Shown piece after piece: positions 1 to 11,830 of a stretch of 64,000 bases of DNA. Source of the DNA: Octopus sinensis (taxonomy: Eukaryota); contig NC_043004.1 of NCBI RefSeq assembly GCF_006345805.1, positions 65,534,001-65,598,000 of the forward strand. Direction: 5' to 3'. The first letter of the stretch is position 1. The number at the start of each line of letters is the position of its first letter. The position numbers and the translations under genes were made by a program. The notes below the pieces were generated by a model. That model did no database searches, was not told the DNA's origin, and saw only the letters and a list, made by a program, of their open reading frames with translations.

Positions 1-451
1 CTTAATGTACTTTATACATACATTTGATATACTTTATGCAAAATTTTATAGACTTAATACACAGCACTCTCTCTCTTTATCACTCACTCTTTGCCTTACC
101 TCTTTTTCTCTCTCCTTTTTCTTTCTCTCTTCGCCTTTCCCTTCAACTAATTACGTGAAGTGTTATAGACGGGCTAAGTAACGGAGAAAATAACTTACTT
201 ATAGAAAAACATTACACATTTCCCTCACCACTAGCTCTCCCTCCCCCATACCATCCCACTCATTCCTTTCCCGTCCCCCATACCTTCCAACCCCCCATTC
301 CCCCTTTTCCTTATATAATCACGTGGAAGCGTTACGGACGGGCTAAGTAACTGAGTGACAAGCAGAATGACTATATATATATACGAAGATATAACAAAAT
401 TAGCCCTGTGTAAATATCTACTATATATATATATATATATATTTTACCCTC

Positions 452-830
452 TTTTACTGTTATCTTCATTCGACTGCGACCATACTGTGGCACCGTCTTG
501 AATGTTTTAGAGAACAAATCGATCCCAGTTCGTATTTTTCTTAAAGCTGAATATCTATACTATTCGGTCTCTTTTGTCCAACCTATAATTTACGAATCTA
601 AATACACCAAGACCGGTTTTGGGGACAAACACAGCACAAAGACACCCACCACATAGACATATATACACAGCCGACTGTCCGACTGTCTTCTTCCAGTTCG
701 CTTGTCAGAGATCCTCTGCCATCACGGTGGTCAACTCAAGGGGTATCGCAGAAGATATTTTTCCGATGTGCCACACAGCGGATCTCAACCCAATGCCATG
801 TTGCCGAGGAGCAAGTTTCTTAACTGCGCC
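452..830 (-). mobile_element. Diverged tRNA-derived SINE (family A in this report)
   Basis: Degenerate match to the better copy at 35902-36304 (gactgcgaccatactgtggcaccg tail; ggggacaaacacag; ttaactgcgcc head). Confidence 0.55.
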
Positions 831-1499
831 TGAAATTAAACAATATTTTTGAAGCCTTTTATGCGAAATTCGAAGCAGAAATGACTGCATATCGATTTTA
901 TTTCTTTGCACAGCGAAAAGTAAATGACGTTTCGCCAATATGGCTGATGGGTCTTTTTGACTTGTTTATTATACAACTGTCCCTCGAACTGGATCAGGCT
1001 GAAAAGCTGGCTGTATTACATACAGATACATTTTGGGTATGTAGAGTCTGGTGTGTTGAGCAGTCAGTGATGTAAGTTGGACAAAGCAAAACTTTTTTAT
1101 ATCCACTACCTAAACTTCTAGAATGAGGGCTGATATATTGTTTGTGAAGTCTGATGACGCGCTCGCGTCTCCGCCTCAGCAAAGAGCATTGTGTATAGTG
1201 AAAAGCTACACCCAGCCTGTAGTAATGCTTTTGTTGTGACAGAACCTCGTGGATCTAAGGGAGAAAGCTCTAACTGAAAATCCTGTTCTATCCAGAAATG
1301 GCAGCAGTCTCGAAGTCATTTGTCAAAATTCTGACATTATGGCGATTGAAATGTGTGGTCCTGTGGAAGAAGAGCCGAATGTCAAGGGAGAGATCGCTTT
1401 CTCAAGTTTGCTAAGCACCATAGACAGTCGGTTCCAGACTCAAGGCACATAGATTCAACGCATTATTGGGAGAAACTTCAGGAAGCTTGGCGTCTCAGA

Positions 1500-2230
1500 A
1501 GCTACTGGAGAAGAGAATGACACCAGTACAAATGCCTCTGTACGATTGAATGATGAGGCGAACAATTCTGTTCTGGATGAGAAAAGAGATATGCGCAGAA
1601 TCTTTCTATGGGAAAACACACGAGAGCATCGAGCTTACGATCGTGAGGTTGTGAGCTCGAATCCCGGACCGGGCTGCGTGTTGTGTTCTTGAGCAAGGCA
1701 CTTTATTTCACGTTGCTCCAGTTCACTCAGCTGTAGAAATGAGTTGCGACGTCACTGGTGCCAAGCTGTATCGACCTTTGTATTTCCCTTGGATAACACT
1801 GGTGGCGTGGAGAGGGGAGGCTGATATGCATGGGCGACTGCTGGTCTTCCATAAACAACCTTGCACGGACTTGTGTCTAGGAGGGTAACTTTCTAGGTGC
1901 AATCCCATGGTCATTCATGACCGAAGGGGGTCGTTACCCCTAGGTAAGCAGAAAGTGGGAACATTATATCATGTACGAAAACAATATAATGTCACCAAGA
2001 AATGAGATGTAAAAGCAATCATATTAAGCTTCAAAGAGACAGACCGGAATAGATATGGATTCTTCACTGCAGCAGATGACAATGTAGTTATGTATTGGGA
2101 GGAGCACAACAGGAAGTAGGAGTTGAAGTATTTCTTTCATCAGAAGCATCATACCGTATAATCTCATATCGACCAATTAATGAGAGGCTCATATACGCTC
2201 CTACGAAGGCTACACCTTTTATCATCCCAT
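1500..2230 (+). mobile_element. 5' remnant of an RTE-like LINE (apurinic endonuclease fragment), interrupted by a SINE
   Basis: Manual translation across stops and frameshifts gives KVGTLYHVRKQYNVTKK*..ILSFKET and EVGVEVFLSSEASYRIISYRPINERLIYAPT. These resemble APE motifs (NVRTL, ETRW, GVG, PI.ER, YAPT). Confidence 0.5.
1622..1932 (+). mobile_element. tRNA-derived SINE with CORE-like central domain (family C)
   Basis: B-box-like gagctcgaatccc, CORE-like gcaaggcactttatttcacgttgctccagttcactcagctgtagaaatgag, tail atgaccgaagggggtc. Clearly homologous copy at 18698-19003. Confidence 0.8.
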
Positions 2231-2678
2231 ATCTCCAGGTTTATGTCTTATTTACAGATTTACAGATGTAGAAGAACAAATAGAAGCCTTTTACGAACAA
2301 ATCTGTTTGCCAAGCACATTTTTACTGCAGGTATGCTTTTTATCAACATCGAAGCAGGGTCAAGATCGACAGAAAATATTAAATTAGGTATAGATATAGG
2401 GGAAAAAACGGTATTAAGTATAATATATAATTACAATTTTTTTATGTATATATATGAATTGAACAGACCAAATGTATTATGAGCTTCTATAATTATAAAT
2501 AGATTTGTTGTATATACGAGTTTGCATTTAGTTTGTATTTGTTAATTAGTTGTTTATTTTTATATTTCCGATGTTCATGTTTCATTCAAACATCTTTTAT
2601 AATAACGATTTATCAATAAGCTAAAACAGCTGGTCTTAGAATCTCTGAAAGATATTCACATGGTAACAGTATTAAGCA

Positions 2679-2955
2679 GTAATATCCGTTGCCACCTTTT
2701 TATAGCTGTTCTTTGCAGAACAAATGTCACTACATTTTAACGACAGGAAAACATATTTTCCCGCTGGTTATTGACACACAACCCGTGTCTTGTTTTTCTA
2801 TGCTGGAGTGGGGCTGGTTCGCCCCCTTACTCGAATTAAAACAGACACACGATGTGTGTCGTTAACCAGTCGGTAAAGATGTTTTCTTGGGGTTAACATG
2901 TAGTAACACATGTTCTGCATAGAACAGTCGCATAAAAGTGGCAAAGGAAATTACC
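2679..2955. mobile_element. Palindromic foldback/MITE-like element
   Basis: Imperfect inverted arms of about 115 bp (gtaatatccgttgccacctttt... / ...aaaagtggcaaaggaaattac) around a spacer of about 40 bp. Confidence 0.7.
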
Positions 2956-3146
2956 GATTTATCAATAATTTCAATAAATTCATTTACAGTAGAGCAAAGT
3001 AATTCAGGAAAAGAAGTTGGATGTTTGCAGACAATTTAGATTTGGAACAGTAAAGAATGCAAAACCGTGACTTGTCGAACTCTATCGAGATGACATCGTC
3101 TTCATCAAGATAACAGCTTAACAATATCACGTAAGGAAACAATATA

Positions 3147-3706
3147 TTGGGTTGTCCGGAAAGTTCGTGCCGATTTTTAAAGGAAAGAAAAAAGTCAATA
3201 AATACTTGCCATTATATTTTTAATCAACCAAATATGAACCATTTTGTTCCACAATACATTTCCATCTTTCCTTTAACTTGAAAATACCCTCTTCCCAGAA
3301 TTGAGGTGGTTTCATGGCAAAGAACTTATCAAGGTAACTTTTTACGTCATACAAGGAATTGAAATGTTTACCATTAAGACTATTCTGCAGAGATCTGAAT
3401 AAGTGGAAGTCCGAAGGAGAAATATCTGGTGAATATGGAGGGTGGGGTAACACATCCCAGCCGAGCTGTAGCAATTTTTGTCGGGTTCCCAAAACATCAA
3501 GTGCCGAAAATGAACTTTCTTATCTTCCATTTTAAAGGGCTACAGAATTAACACAGGTTATAGGAACCTTCTTCCAGGAAAAGATAGCTTAAACTGTGCT
3601 CTAAATGGCAGTGTAGTCAAATCCTATTTTATGGACTCAACCATGTTCTAAAATAAGTCGAAAGATAAGCTATTATAAATCGTCACGAACTTTCCGGACA
3701 ACCCAA
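3147..3706 (-). mobile_element. Internally deleted mariner transposon (non-autonomous)
   Basis: TIRs ttgggttgtccggaaagttcgtg / cacgaactttccggacaacccaa, TA on both sides. Encodes a mariner N-terminus (MEDKKVHFRHL) fused to the C-terminus (HPPYSPDISPSDFHLF). Confidence 0.92.
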
Positions 3707-3982
3707 TACATATACAATTAAACATGAAGTAGATATAAAATAAAAATCGACTGTAATTTCGTAGGAAGAAGATAGATGGGATGTGTTATAAACTTTAGAG
3801 TATAAAGACGAGTCAGTTGTGACACTGATCATAACATGGTATCTGTCAGAGTCAGGGTTTGGACCCAAAATGAAAAGCAGAGAGCACATCACATACGGCA
3901 ATGTTCAACGTTGATGCTCTGAGCATCATAAATATATTCACATCAGTATGGTAATAGACAAGGAGAGGTAACCAAATTTGAA

Positions 3983-4029
<47 letters not shown>

Positions 4030-4117
4030 CTGTCTGTGTGTGTGTGTGTGTGTGTGTGTGAGTGAGAGAGAGAGAGAGAGGGAGTATGTGTATGTTTGTG
4101 TGTGTGTGTGTGTGTGT

Positions 4118-4620
4118 GGAGGCGCAATGGCACAGTGGTTAGGGCAGCGGACTCGTGGTCGTAGGATCGTAGTTTCTAATCCCAGACCGGGCATTGTGAG
4201 TATATATTGACCGAAAACACCTAAAGCTCCACGAGCCTCCGGCAGGGGGTGTTGGTGAACCCTGCTGTACTCTTTCACCACAACTTTCTCTCACTCTGTT
4301 TTACTGTTTCTGTTGCACCTGTATTTCAAAGGACCAGCCTTGTCACACTCTGTGTCACGCTGAATCTCCCCGACAATTACGTTAAGTGTACTAGAGTCTG
4401 TGGAGTGCTCAGCCACTTGCACGTTAATAAATGAGCTGCGACGTCACTGGTGCCAAGCTGTATCGGCCTTTGCCTTTCCCTTGGATAACATCGGTGACGT
4501 GGAGAAGGGAGGCTGGTAAGCGTGGGCGACTGCTGGTCTTCCATAAACAACCTTGTCCATACTTGTGCCTCGAGGGTAACATTCTAGCAATCCTATCGCT
4601 ATTCATGACCGAAGGGGTCA
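4118..4620 (+). mobile_element. Chimeric SINE: family B head and body joined to family C tail
   Basis: tRNA-like head ggaggcgcaatggcacagtggttagg. Switch near 4428 (gcacgttaat|aaatgagctgcgac) into sequence matching 1738-1932. Confidence 0.75.
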
Positions 4621-4655
4621 CAACAATGTATATATAATATATATATATATATATG

Positions 4656-4709
<54 letters not shown>

Positions 4710-4814
4710 TATACATAGGTAAAATATAGGGGAGCGATTTTTGTTTTTAGAAATCTCACTACCAGTGGCCTAGCATGTATAAAATGTCAACAGACAACAT
4801 ATTGTCAATATGAA

Positions 4815-5177
4815 ATAGTGTACATTTAAACGCAAGAGAAGCTGTCTTCAACAGGTAGTTTTACACGCTAGAAGACGTAGTCAAACGACCAAAACAACAT
4901 TTAAGGGCAATTTTGAAGGGATAGAAAAATAAAAACTTTTACCTTGTTATTTTATTACGGTCATATCTAGATTTCAAATTTTATTTAGTAAATTATTTTA
5001 TTTGCTAAAAAATTTGAAATCTGGGTATGACCATGATCAAATAACAAGATCGGATATTTTATTTTTCATTCCCTTTACAATTGGTCTTAAATGTGGTTTT
5101 GGTCGTTTTGACTACTTCATCTAGCGTGTAAAACTGCCTGTTGAAGGCAGCTTCTCATGAGTTTAAATGTACACTAT
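4815..5177. mobile_element. Long palindromic foldback element
   Basis: Arms of about 170 bp (atagtgtacatttaaac..gagaagctgtcttcaacagg / cctgttgaaggcagcttctc..gtttaaatgtacactat) with a very short central spacer. Confidence 0.8.
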
Positions 5178-5198
5178 ATATTATATATATATATAATA

Positions 5199-5244
<46 letters not shown>

Positions 5245-6089
5245 TTACACACCTACGCTCATCTTTTTTAAAAGCCTATAGAATGACCATACACTTATCT
5301 ACATATATCTCTCTCTTTCTCACTATATATATATATATATTATATATATATATATATACGAAGGTGATTATGTGTGCGATTATATTAATAGTCATAGAAA
5401 TAAATACACAACGTCAAACAAATTCATTTACGATATATATATATATATAATATATATATTATATATATATCTATATATTATATATATATATAATATATAT
5501 ATATACATACCTTATATGTGTGTGTGTGTGTCTGTTTTCTGTACGCATATATTACATATATGGAGATGTGAAAATAATGTACATATATTAATATATTGTC
5601 TGAAAAGGGACACAAAAACTACTACTACATACACGCCGAACATCCCTGTCATCCCTGTTCTAGAATATACGCATTAATATATATATATATATATATATTA
5701 TACATAATAAAATTCTATGCGTGTATTATTGGAACTTCTTCGTATTTAGCAAAGCTTAAAAGGATTCTTGTGAATGGCGGATTTGATTGCTGTCAAAATC
5801 TGACGTGTTACTAAATTACACAGAATATTTAATTTCAATAGACTATTGCTTCATATTTTAATATCTACTGTGGTGTATTTTTCTATGTTTGATAGAAATG
5901 TGTCTGTTTTATCATGTATGTTTGTTATTACGTTTATATCTATGTATGTATGCATGCATGTATTTATATATGTATGTATGTAAGTTTTTTTGTATGTATG
6001 TATGTATGTGAAAGTCTTCGTGCAGACACAGAATTACACATGTATATACTTTCGTATATGTATGGATATACATACAAACATAGATGTCC

Positions 6090-6130
<41 letters not shown>

Positions 6131-6131
6131 A

Positions 6132-6167
<36 letters not shown>

Positions 6168-6491
6168 ATATATATATATATATGTGTGTGTGTGTATATA
6201 TATATATATATAAATACATGCTATATAATATATATATATATTATGTATATATAACTATATTAAATATATGTGTATGTATATATATGTATATGTATAATAT
6301 ATGTATGTATAGTATCATATATGATTAAAATCATTAATATTACTGATATATATATGATATATAGTATATATTTACTGTATGTATATATATGTATATATAT
6401 ATGTATGTATGTATTATATATATATGTATATATAACATTATTGTGAAATTGAAGAAATGGAGCTGAACGCAGATTGAACAGAAATCGTTTT

Positions 6492-6580
6492 ATTTCATTC
6501 TACACGTGTTTCGAAAGGCACAATTACCAAAATCCGATTGAATAATGGGACCATTTGTGTCTTTCTCTTCAGGAAGAAAA
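6492..6580 (-). ncRNA. Type I hammerhead ribozyme, PLE copy 1
   Basis: Minus strand reads ttc-CTGAAGA-GAAAGACACAAAT...AATTGTGCCTTTC-GAAAC-ACGT-GTA-gaa. Confidence 0.8.
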
Positions 6581-7185
6581 AAGGAAATCCGTTGGAAAAA
6601 CAAAAACAGAACAGAGGCAGAGCAAAAAAAATCGAACTGTGCTCCTAAGACCCATGGCGAAACTGTTTATCAGTGTATGTTGAGACCGGTGCTGAAGAAT
6701 TCAACAGTCAGGCACCGGTCAAACATGTGGGTGGGGTTATAGATGTTCTTTGTGACCGAGTAATAAAGTCTCGTGACTATTCTAAGAATATTGATGTTTT
6801 ATAAGGGGCGAGAAAAAATTCTACTTAGAGACGTGTGCGTGTGTGTATACTGTTCTATATATGTGTGTGTTGGCGTAGGGGTAGAAAACATTTTTTGTGT
6901 ACGTGTGTGCGTTTGATGTCGTTTCGCTGTCAGTGGCTACTGCCGTGATAACCGTTGGGTGGCAGAAAGAAAAAATAAAGAAATTATATATCGATATTAT
7001 GTTTTATGTGTGTGTGTGTGTGTTCATCTAAGCCTACCTTGACAAGGAAACCCCCCGCTGTGAAAAAAACAGCCCCGTTGTCTTACAGGAGTAATTCCCT
7101 TGCAGTGGTTAATGTGTAATATCTTAACAATCTATTTCAGATTTGTTACCACAAGAGCTATGGGTGCCGGTCTTATTTATGAACG

Positions 7186-9835
7186 CTATTTAAAGGCCAG
7201 ATAAGTGTAACCCGCCAATGGGGGCATCGAAAAGCCGACTGTAAGAGCCCGTTTACCATCCGGCCTCTGGCAAACAAATATATGAAGAGTTCGGAGACAC
7301 ACAGGTTGCACTGTCTTCTGCCCTATATCAATGGGAGGGCCACCGACAAAATTACCATTCCAGCCTATAGCTTAAGTTCGCATCCTTCAGTCGCCATATT
7401 AGCTTACTGAGTCCCGTGGTCTGGCGCTTGTTCACGTCCCGAAAAGTTGCGTATGGTGGAGACCACGCAGACAATCTTGAGGACGATGCCCCTATATAAG
7501 TGAAGGCCTGAGTGTCCGTGTAAACCTTGCATTGGTAGACGGCGTTTTTATCTTGGAGGTTCGCCGACGTGAATCTTACTCTGCTAGGATTGGTTTTGGA
7601 AATTAGAACTGCGTTCCTGTCACTATATTCGTTCCGAACCTGCAGCCGCTTACTACTCTATTTTCCACTACGTCACTATTAACTATAGGAATAACCCTGA
7701 TTCTCATATCTATCAGAGTGCTGTCATTGCTATGGCCCGTGGTACTGCTATTGCGGGAAGATGCTGGGGATGCTAAAGGGGCTCTCTACCCTACTCCCAT
7801 TGTTACCATCAACCACAACACCCCTATTTATACAACTATACCCCTAGTGGGTACTCCCTGGCTGGAGCTGAGATTATGTGTCACTGTACTGGCTCTCTAT
7901 ATCATTATTACTACTATATTATTCCTACTAGAGCATTAAGCCGGGAGCGGAAGAGGCTGTGCCTCCGAAAAAGTGATAGGGTCTTAGTAAGTAGCCTATA
8001 TTATGGGGGCGATTATCTGGGCGAGGTTTTTAGTGTTGGAGGAAAGCTATCCTAACTTTATGTGAGTTAACCGTGGAGTATATTTGGAATTTCTGGGGAG
8101 TTATTGCGATGGCTTGTCTAAACATGAGGGGGAGAGGTTAGTTCTAGCTGCTTACCAAAGGGGATTACAAACCATATATGCTTATTCCTATCAGTGTGAT
8201 GGGTCGGAGACGCCAGCTCTCGCATTTGGGGTGGGTGATTCTCGGATGAAATAACGGGTCTTGGGTTAGTGTAAGACCTCCCGGACCGATAATTATCCTT
8301 GTTCGCTAAATTAAATGCGGGAGGGCGACTACCCCGGTATCCGCCGCGCATCCCGTCCTTACTTAAATGTTAATGTTATTATATACGGCCCTATCCTGAT
8401 GACCGAATGATGCATCGGAAGGGCGGATCAATATAATTACCTTCTGCCTATAACCGCCTTGGATAGTGCGCGTTATAAAAATCCGCTTTCTGCATAAATA
8501 TCGCACTGGCGGACAGGCCAGACATCTTAGAGAGATGTTTTTTAACCAAATTGTCTGTTACGGTTTTGGCATGATTTGAGAGACACTGACAATACTTCAA
8601 ATTAGTGGAAGGCTTTGGTAAGGGCAGTATGAGTCGCTATTAAGGTAAGTGTACGTCTAGGAAATTAGCCTTGGTGAGTTCGTTATCAAAACTAGACTCA
8701 TGCCCATTCTATTAAAAAACCTAGCTACCTGCTCTTAGTTTTTCTGCACTATTCTGTTCGTGGTGTTTTGCAGGTAAAACAGACAATCGTCACGATACAG
8801 GCCGCCCGCGATTTCGGGAATGATCGGACAATTCGTAGAGAATATATATTCCGACCAATCGGCTATCTGCGCACTATCCGAACTACCCATAGGCACATCA
8901 AATTCATGGGAGTATCCTTACGGATCCACAGCTTATTATCAACTTAATAAACGATTTCCTGGCAACTAAAATGATATCTATCTCTTCTCTGGTGAGGCCT
9001 GCCTGTTGTGAGCATGCCAGAGGGCTTATTTAGCACACTAGGGTTAATCGAGGGGTAGAAGCTGGCGATATCAAACTGAATGAACCTAGTACGGTTCTTA
9101 TTGGGGATGGAAGAGAACCACTTCACTACCTGGCGAGAGTTGGCCCAGAGGCTGAGCTTCAGCTGTTTACTAAACTAGGGATATATTTATCTAAAATGTA
9201 CTTACTGATTATCCCGATATCAGATCTAGCAGGGCATATGAGTCTTAGCGCTGGGTTGGTGGGAAGTTAGGTTTATGGTCCTTCACTATAATCTGGGTTG
9301 CTTGGGGCTAAGCGCCTGAGTTTCTCATTTGAATTCGGTGTTTAAATATTATATCCTTAATTTCCAAGTTACCTTCCTCAGGGTACTCCAATTGGTTTTT
9401 CTAATTTTTCTTGATCTCTTTACCGAGTAAATCTAGGTACTGCTTAATGGGCATCTTGTTGTGTTCCTGGTCTTGTCGGACTGGACCAGGACTCCGTCCG
9501 TTCTATTAATGTCCTTGGTAATTTTATCTAGGTATCTGAGGTGGGCATTTCTCCTGGGTGACTTCCTGAACTTAATCTTCTGACTATGTCCCACAGTCGT
9601 CTCAAACTTCTCCAGTCTTGGTCGGTGGCGGCGTATCCAATGTTTTAAAAAGCCGGCCGTATTCGGACGATGCAGTTGTCCGGTTCGATTTAGATCTTCG
9701 TTCTCGTGGAAGAAAATGAGCCATCTTATTCGGTTTATGAATGCGTTGGTTTTACAAACCAACTCCTTAAGGAAGGCATCTTTTGGTGGTATAGGAATAT
9801 CCTTAAGGGACGCATCAAATCTCGAACAACTCCAT
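7186..9835 (-). pseudogene. PLE ORF: reverse transcriptase plus C-terminal GIY-YIG endonuclease (about 880 codons, frameshifted as assembled)
   Basis: N-terminus SLKDIPIPPKDAFLKELVCKTNAFINRIRW. RT motifs FIQFDIASFYPSI, FDVPMGSSDSAQIAD, GLYRDD (8786-8797) and NFLDV. GIY-YIG AVYQCKV...YIGASS followed by C..C (QCNLC). Confidence 0.9.
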
Positions 9836-10087
9836 TATTGGCGTCGGTTAAAGTAGCAGTTTCTGACGAAGCGGTATGTATTATGTGAAATAGAAGATGA
9901 ATAATCTTGTAGTGGATTAATCAAAAGTTTAACCGATACCTTAGTAGCAAAAATCACAGCAGTGAACAGCACGGTTGGGGTACAACCATCTGGCGTTGCA
10001 ACCGTGCGTTGGTGCGGATATTGAATTAAAACATTATTGGTGAATTGAAGAAATGGAGCTGAACGCAGATTGAACAGAAATCGTTTT

Positions 10088-10180
10088 ATTTCATTCTACA
10101 GACGTGTTTCGAAGGCACAAATTACCAAAATCCGATTGAATATGGGACCATATTGTGTCTTTCTCTTCAGGAGAAAAAAA
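10088..10180 (-). ncRNA. Type I hammerhead ribozyme, PLE copy 2
   Basis: Same core as copy 1. Stem III reads ACA-CGTC-TGT in this copy. Confidence 0.75.
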
Positions 10181-10769
10181 ATCCGTTGGAAAAACAAAAA
10201 CAGAACGAGGCAGAGCAAAAACAAATCGAACTGTGCTCCTAGAGCCCATGGCGAAACTGTTTATCAGTGTATGTTGAGAACCGGTGGCTGAAGAATTCAA
10301 CAGGTCAGGCATCGGTCAAACATGTGGTGGGGGTGTATAGATGTTCTTTGTGACCGAGAATAAGTTCTGACTATTTAAGAATATTGGATGTTTTATAAGG
10401 GGCGAGAAAAAATATACTTAGAGACGTGTGTGTGTGTATACTGTTCTATATATGTTGTGTTGGCGTAGGGGTAGAAAACATTTTTTGTGTACGTGGTGCG
10501 TTTGATCGTTCGGCTGTCATGGCTACTGCCGTGATAACCGTTGGGTGGCAGAAGAAAAAAATAAAGAAACTTATATATAATATTTTTATGTTTTATGTGT
10601 GTGTGTGTGTGTTCATCTAAGCCTACCTTGACAAGGAAACCCCCCGCTGTGAAAAAACAAGCCCCGTTTGTCTTACCGGAGTAATTTCCCTTCAGTGGTT
10701 AATTGTAGATATCTTAAAATCTATTTCAGATTTGTTACAAGGCTATGGGTGCCGTCTTATTTATGAACG

Positions 10770-11830
10770 CTATTTAAAGGCCGATAAGTGTAACGCCGCC
10801 AATGGGGGCATCGAAAAGCCGACTGTAAGAGCCCGTTTACATCCGGCCTCTGGCAAACAAATATGGAAGAGTTCGGAGACACAAAGGTTGCACTGTCTTC
10901 TGCCCCTATCAAATGGGAGGGCCACCGACAAAATTGACCATTCCAGCCTATAGCTTAGTTCGCATCCTTCAGTCGCCATATTAGCTTACTGAGTCCCGTG
11001 GTCTGGCGCTTGTTCACGTCCCGAAAATTGCGTAATGGTTGGAGACCACGCAAAGACAATCTTGAGGACGATGCCCCTATATAAGTGAGGCATCTGAGTC
11101 CGTGTAAACCTTGCATTGGTCGGCGTTTTTTGATCTTGGAGTTCGCCGACGTGAATCTACTCTGCTAGGATTGGTTTCTGAAATTAGAACTGCGTTCCTG
11201 TCACTATATTCGTTCCGAGACCTGCAGCCGCTTAACTACTCTATTTTCCACTACGTCACTATTAACTATAGGAATAACCCTGATTCTCCACTATCTATCA
11301 GAGTGCTGTCATTGCTACTGCCCGTGGTACTGCTATTGCGGGAAATGATGCTGGGGATCTAAGGGCTCTCTACCCTACTCCCATTGTTACCATCAACCAC
11401 AACACCCCTATTTAATAACTATACCCCTATGGGTACTCCTGGCTGGAGCTGAGATTATGTGTCACTGTACTGGCTCTCATATCATTATTACTACTATAAT
11501 TATTCCTACTGAGCATTAAGCCGGGAGCGGAAGAGGCTGTGCCTCCGGAAAAAGGTGATGGGTCTTAGTAAGTAGCCTATTTTATGGGAGGCGATTATCT
11601 GGGCGAGGTTTTTAGTGTTGGAGAAAGCTATCCTAACTTTATGTGAGTTAACCGTGGAGTAATATTTGGAATTTCTGGGGAGTTATTGGCGATGGCTTTT
11701 CTAAACATGAGGGGGGGAGGTTAGTTCTAATCTGCTTACCAAAGGGGATTACAAACCATATATGCTTATTCCTATCAGTGTGATGGGTCGGGACGCCAGC
11801 TCTCGCATTTGGGTGGGGTGATTCTCGGAT
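10770..11830 (-). pseudogene. PLE ORF 3' part (GIY-YIG) in the tandem pseudo-LTR copy
   Basis: Near-identical to 7186-8247. Track ORF 10770-10979 gives LEWSILSVALPFDRGRRQCNLCVSELFHI. Confidence 0.85.

Noticed and set aside
1150-1175. CTGATGA-CGCG-CT-CGCG
   Set aside because: No downstream GAAA or stem III.
900-1480. Possible degenerate L2/CR1-type RT C-terminus on the minus strand
   Set aside because: Only vague motif similarity across many stops; cannot be supported without an HMM search.
8390-8440. CTGATGA followed by a CCGA/TCGG stem
   Set aside because: No GAAA after the stem, and it lies antisense within the PLE ORF.
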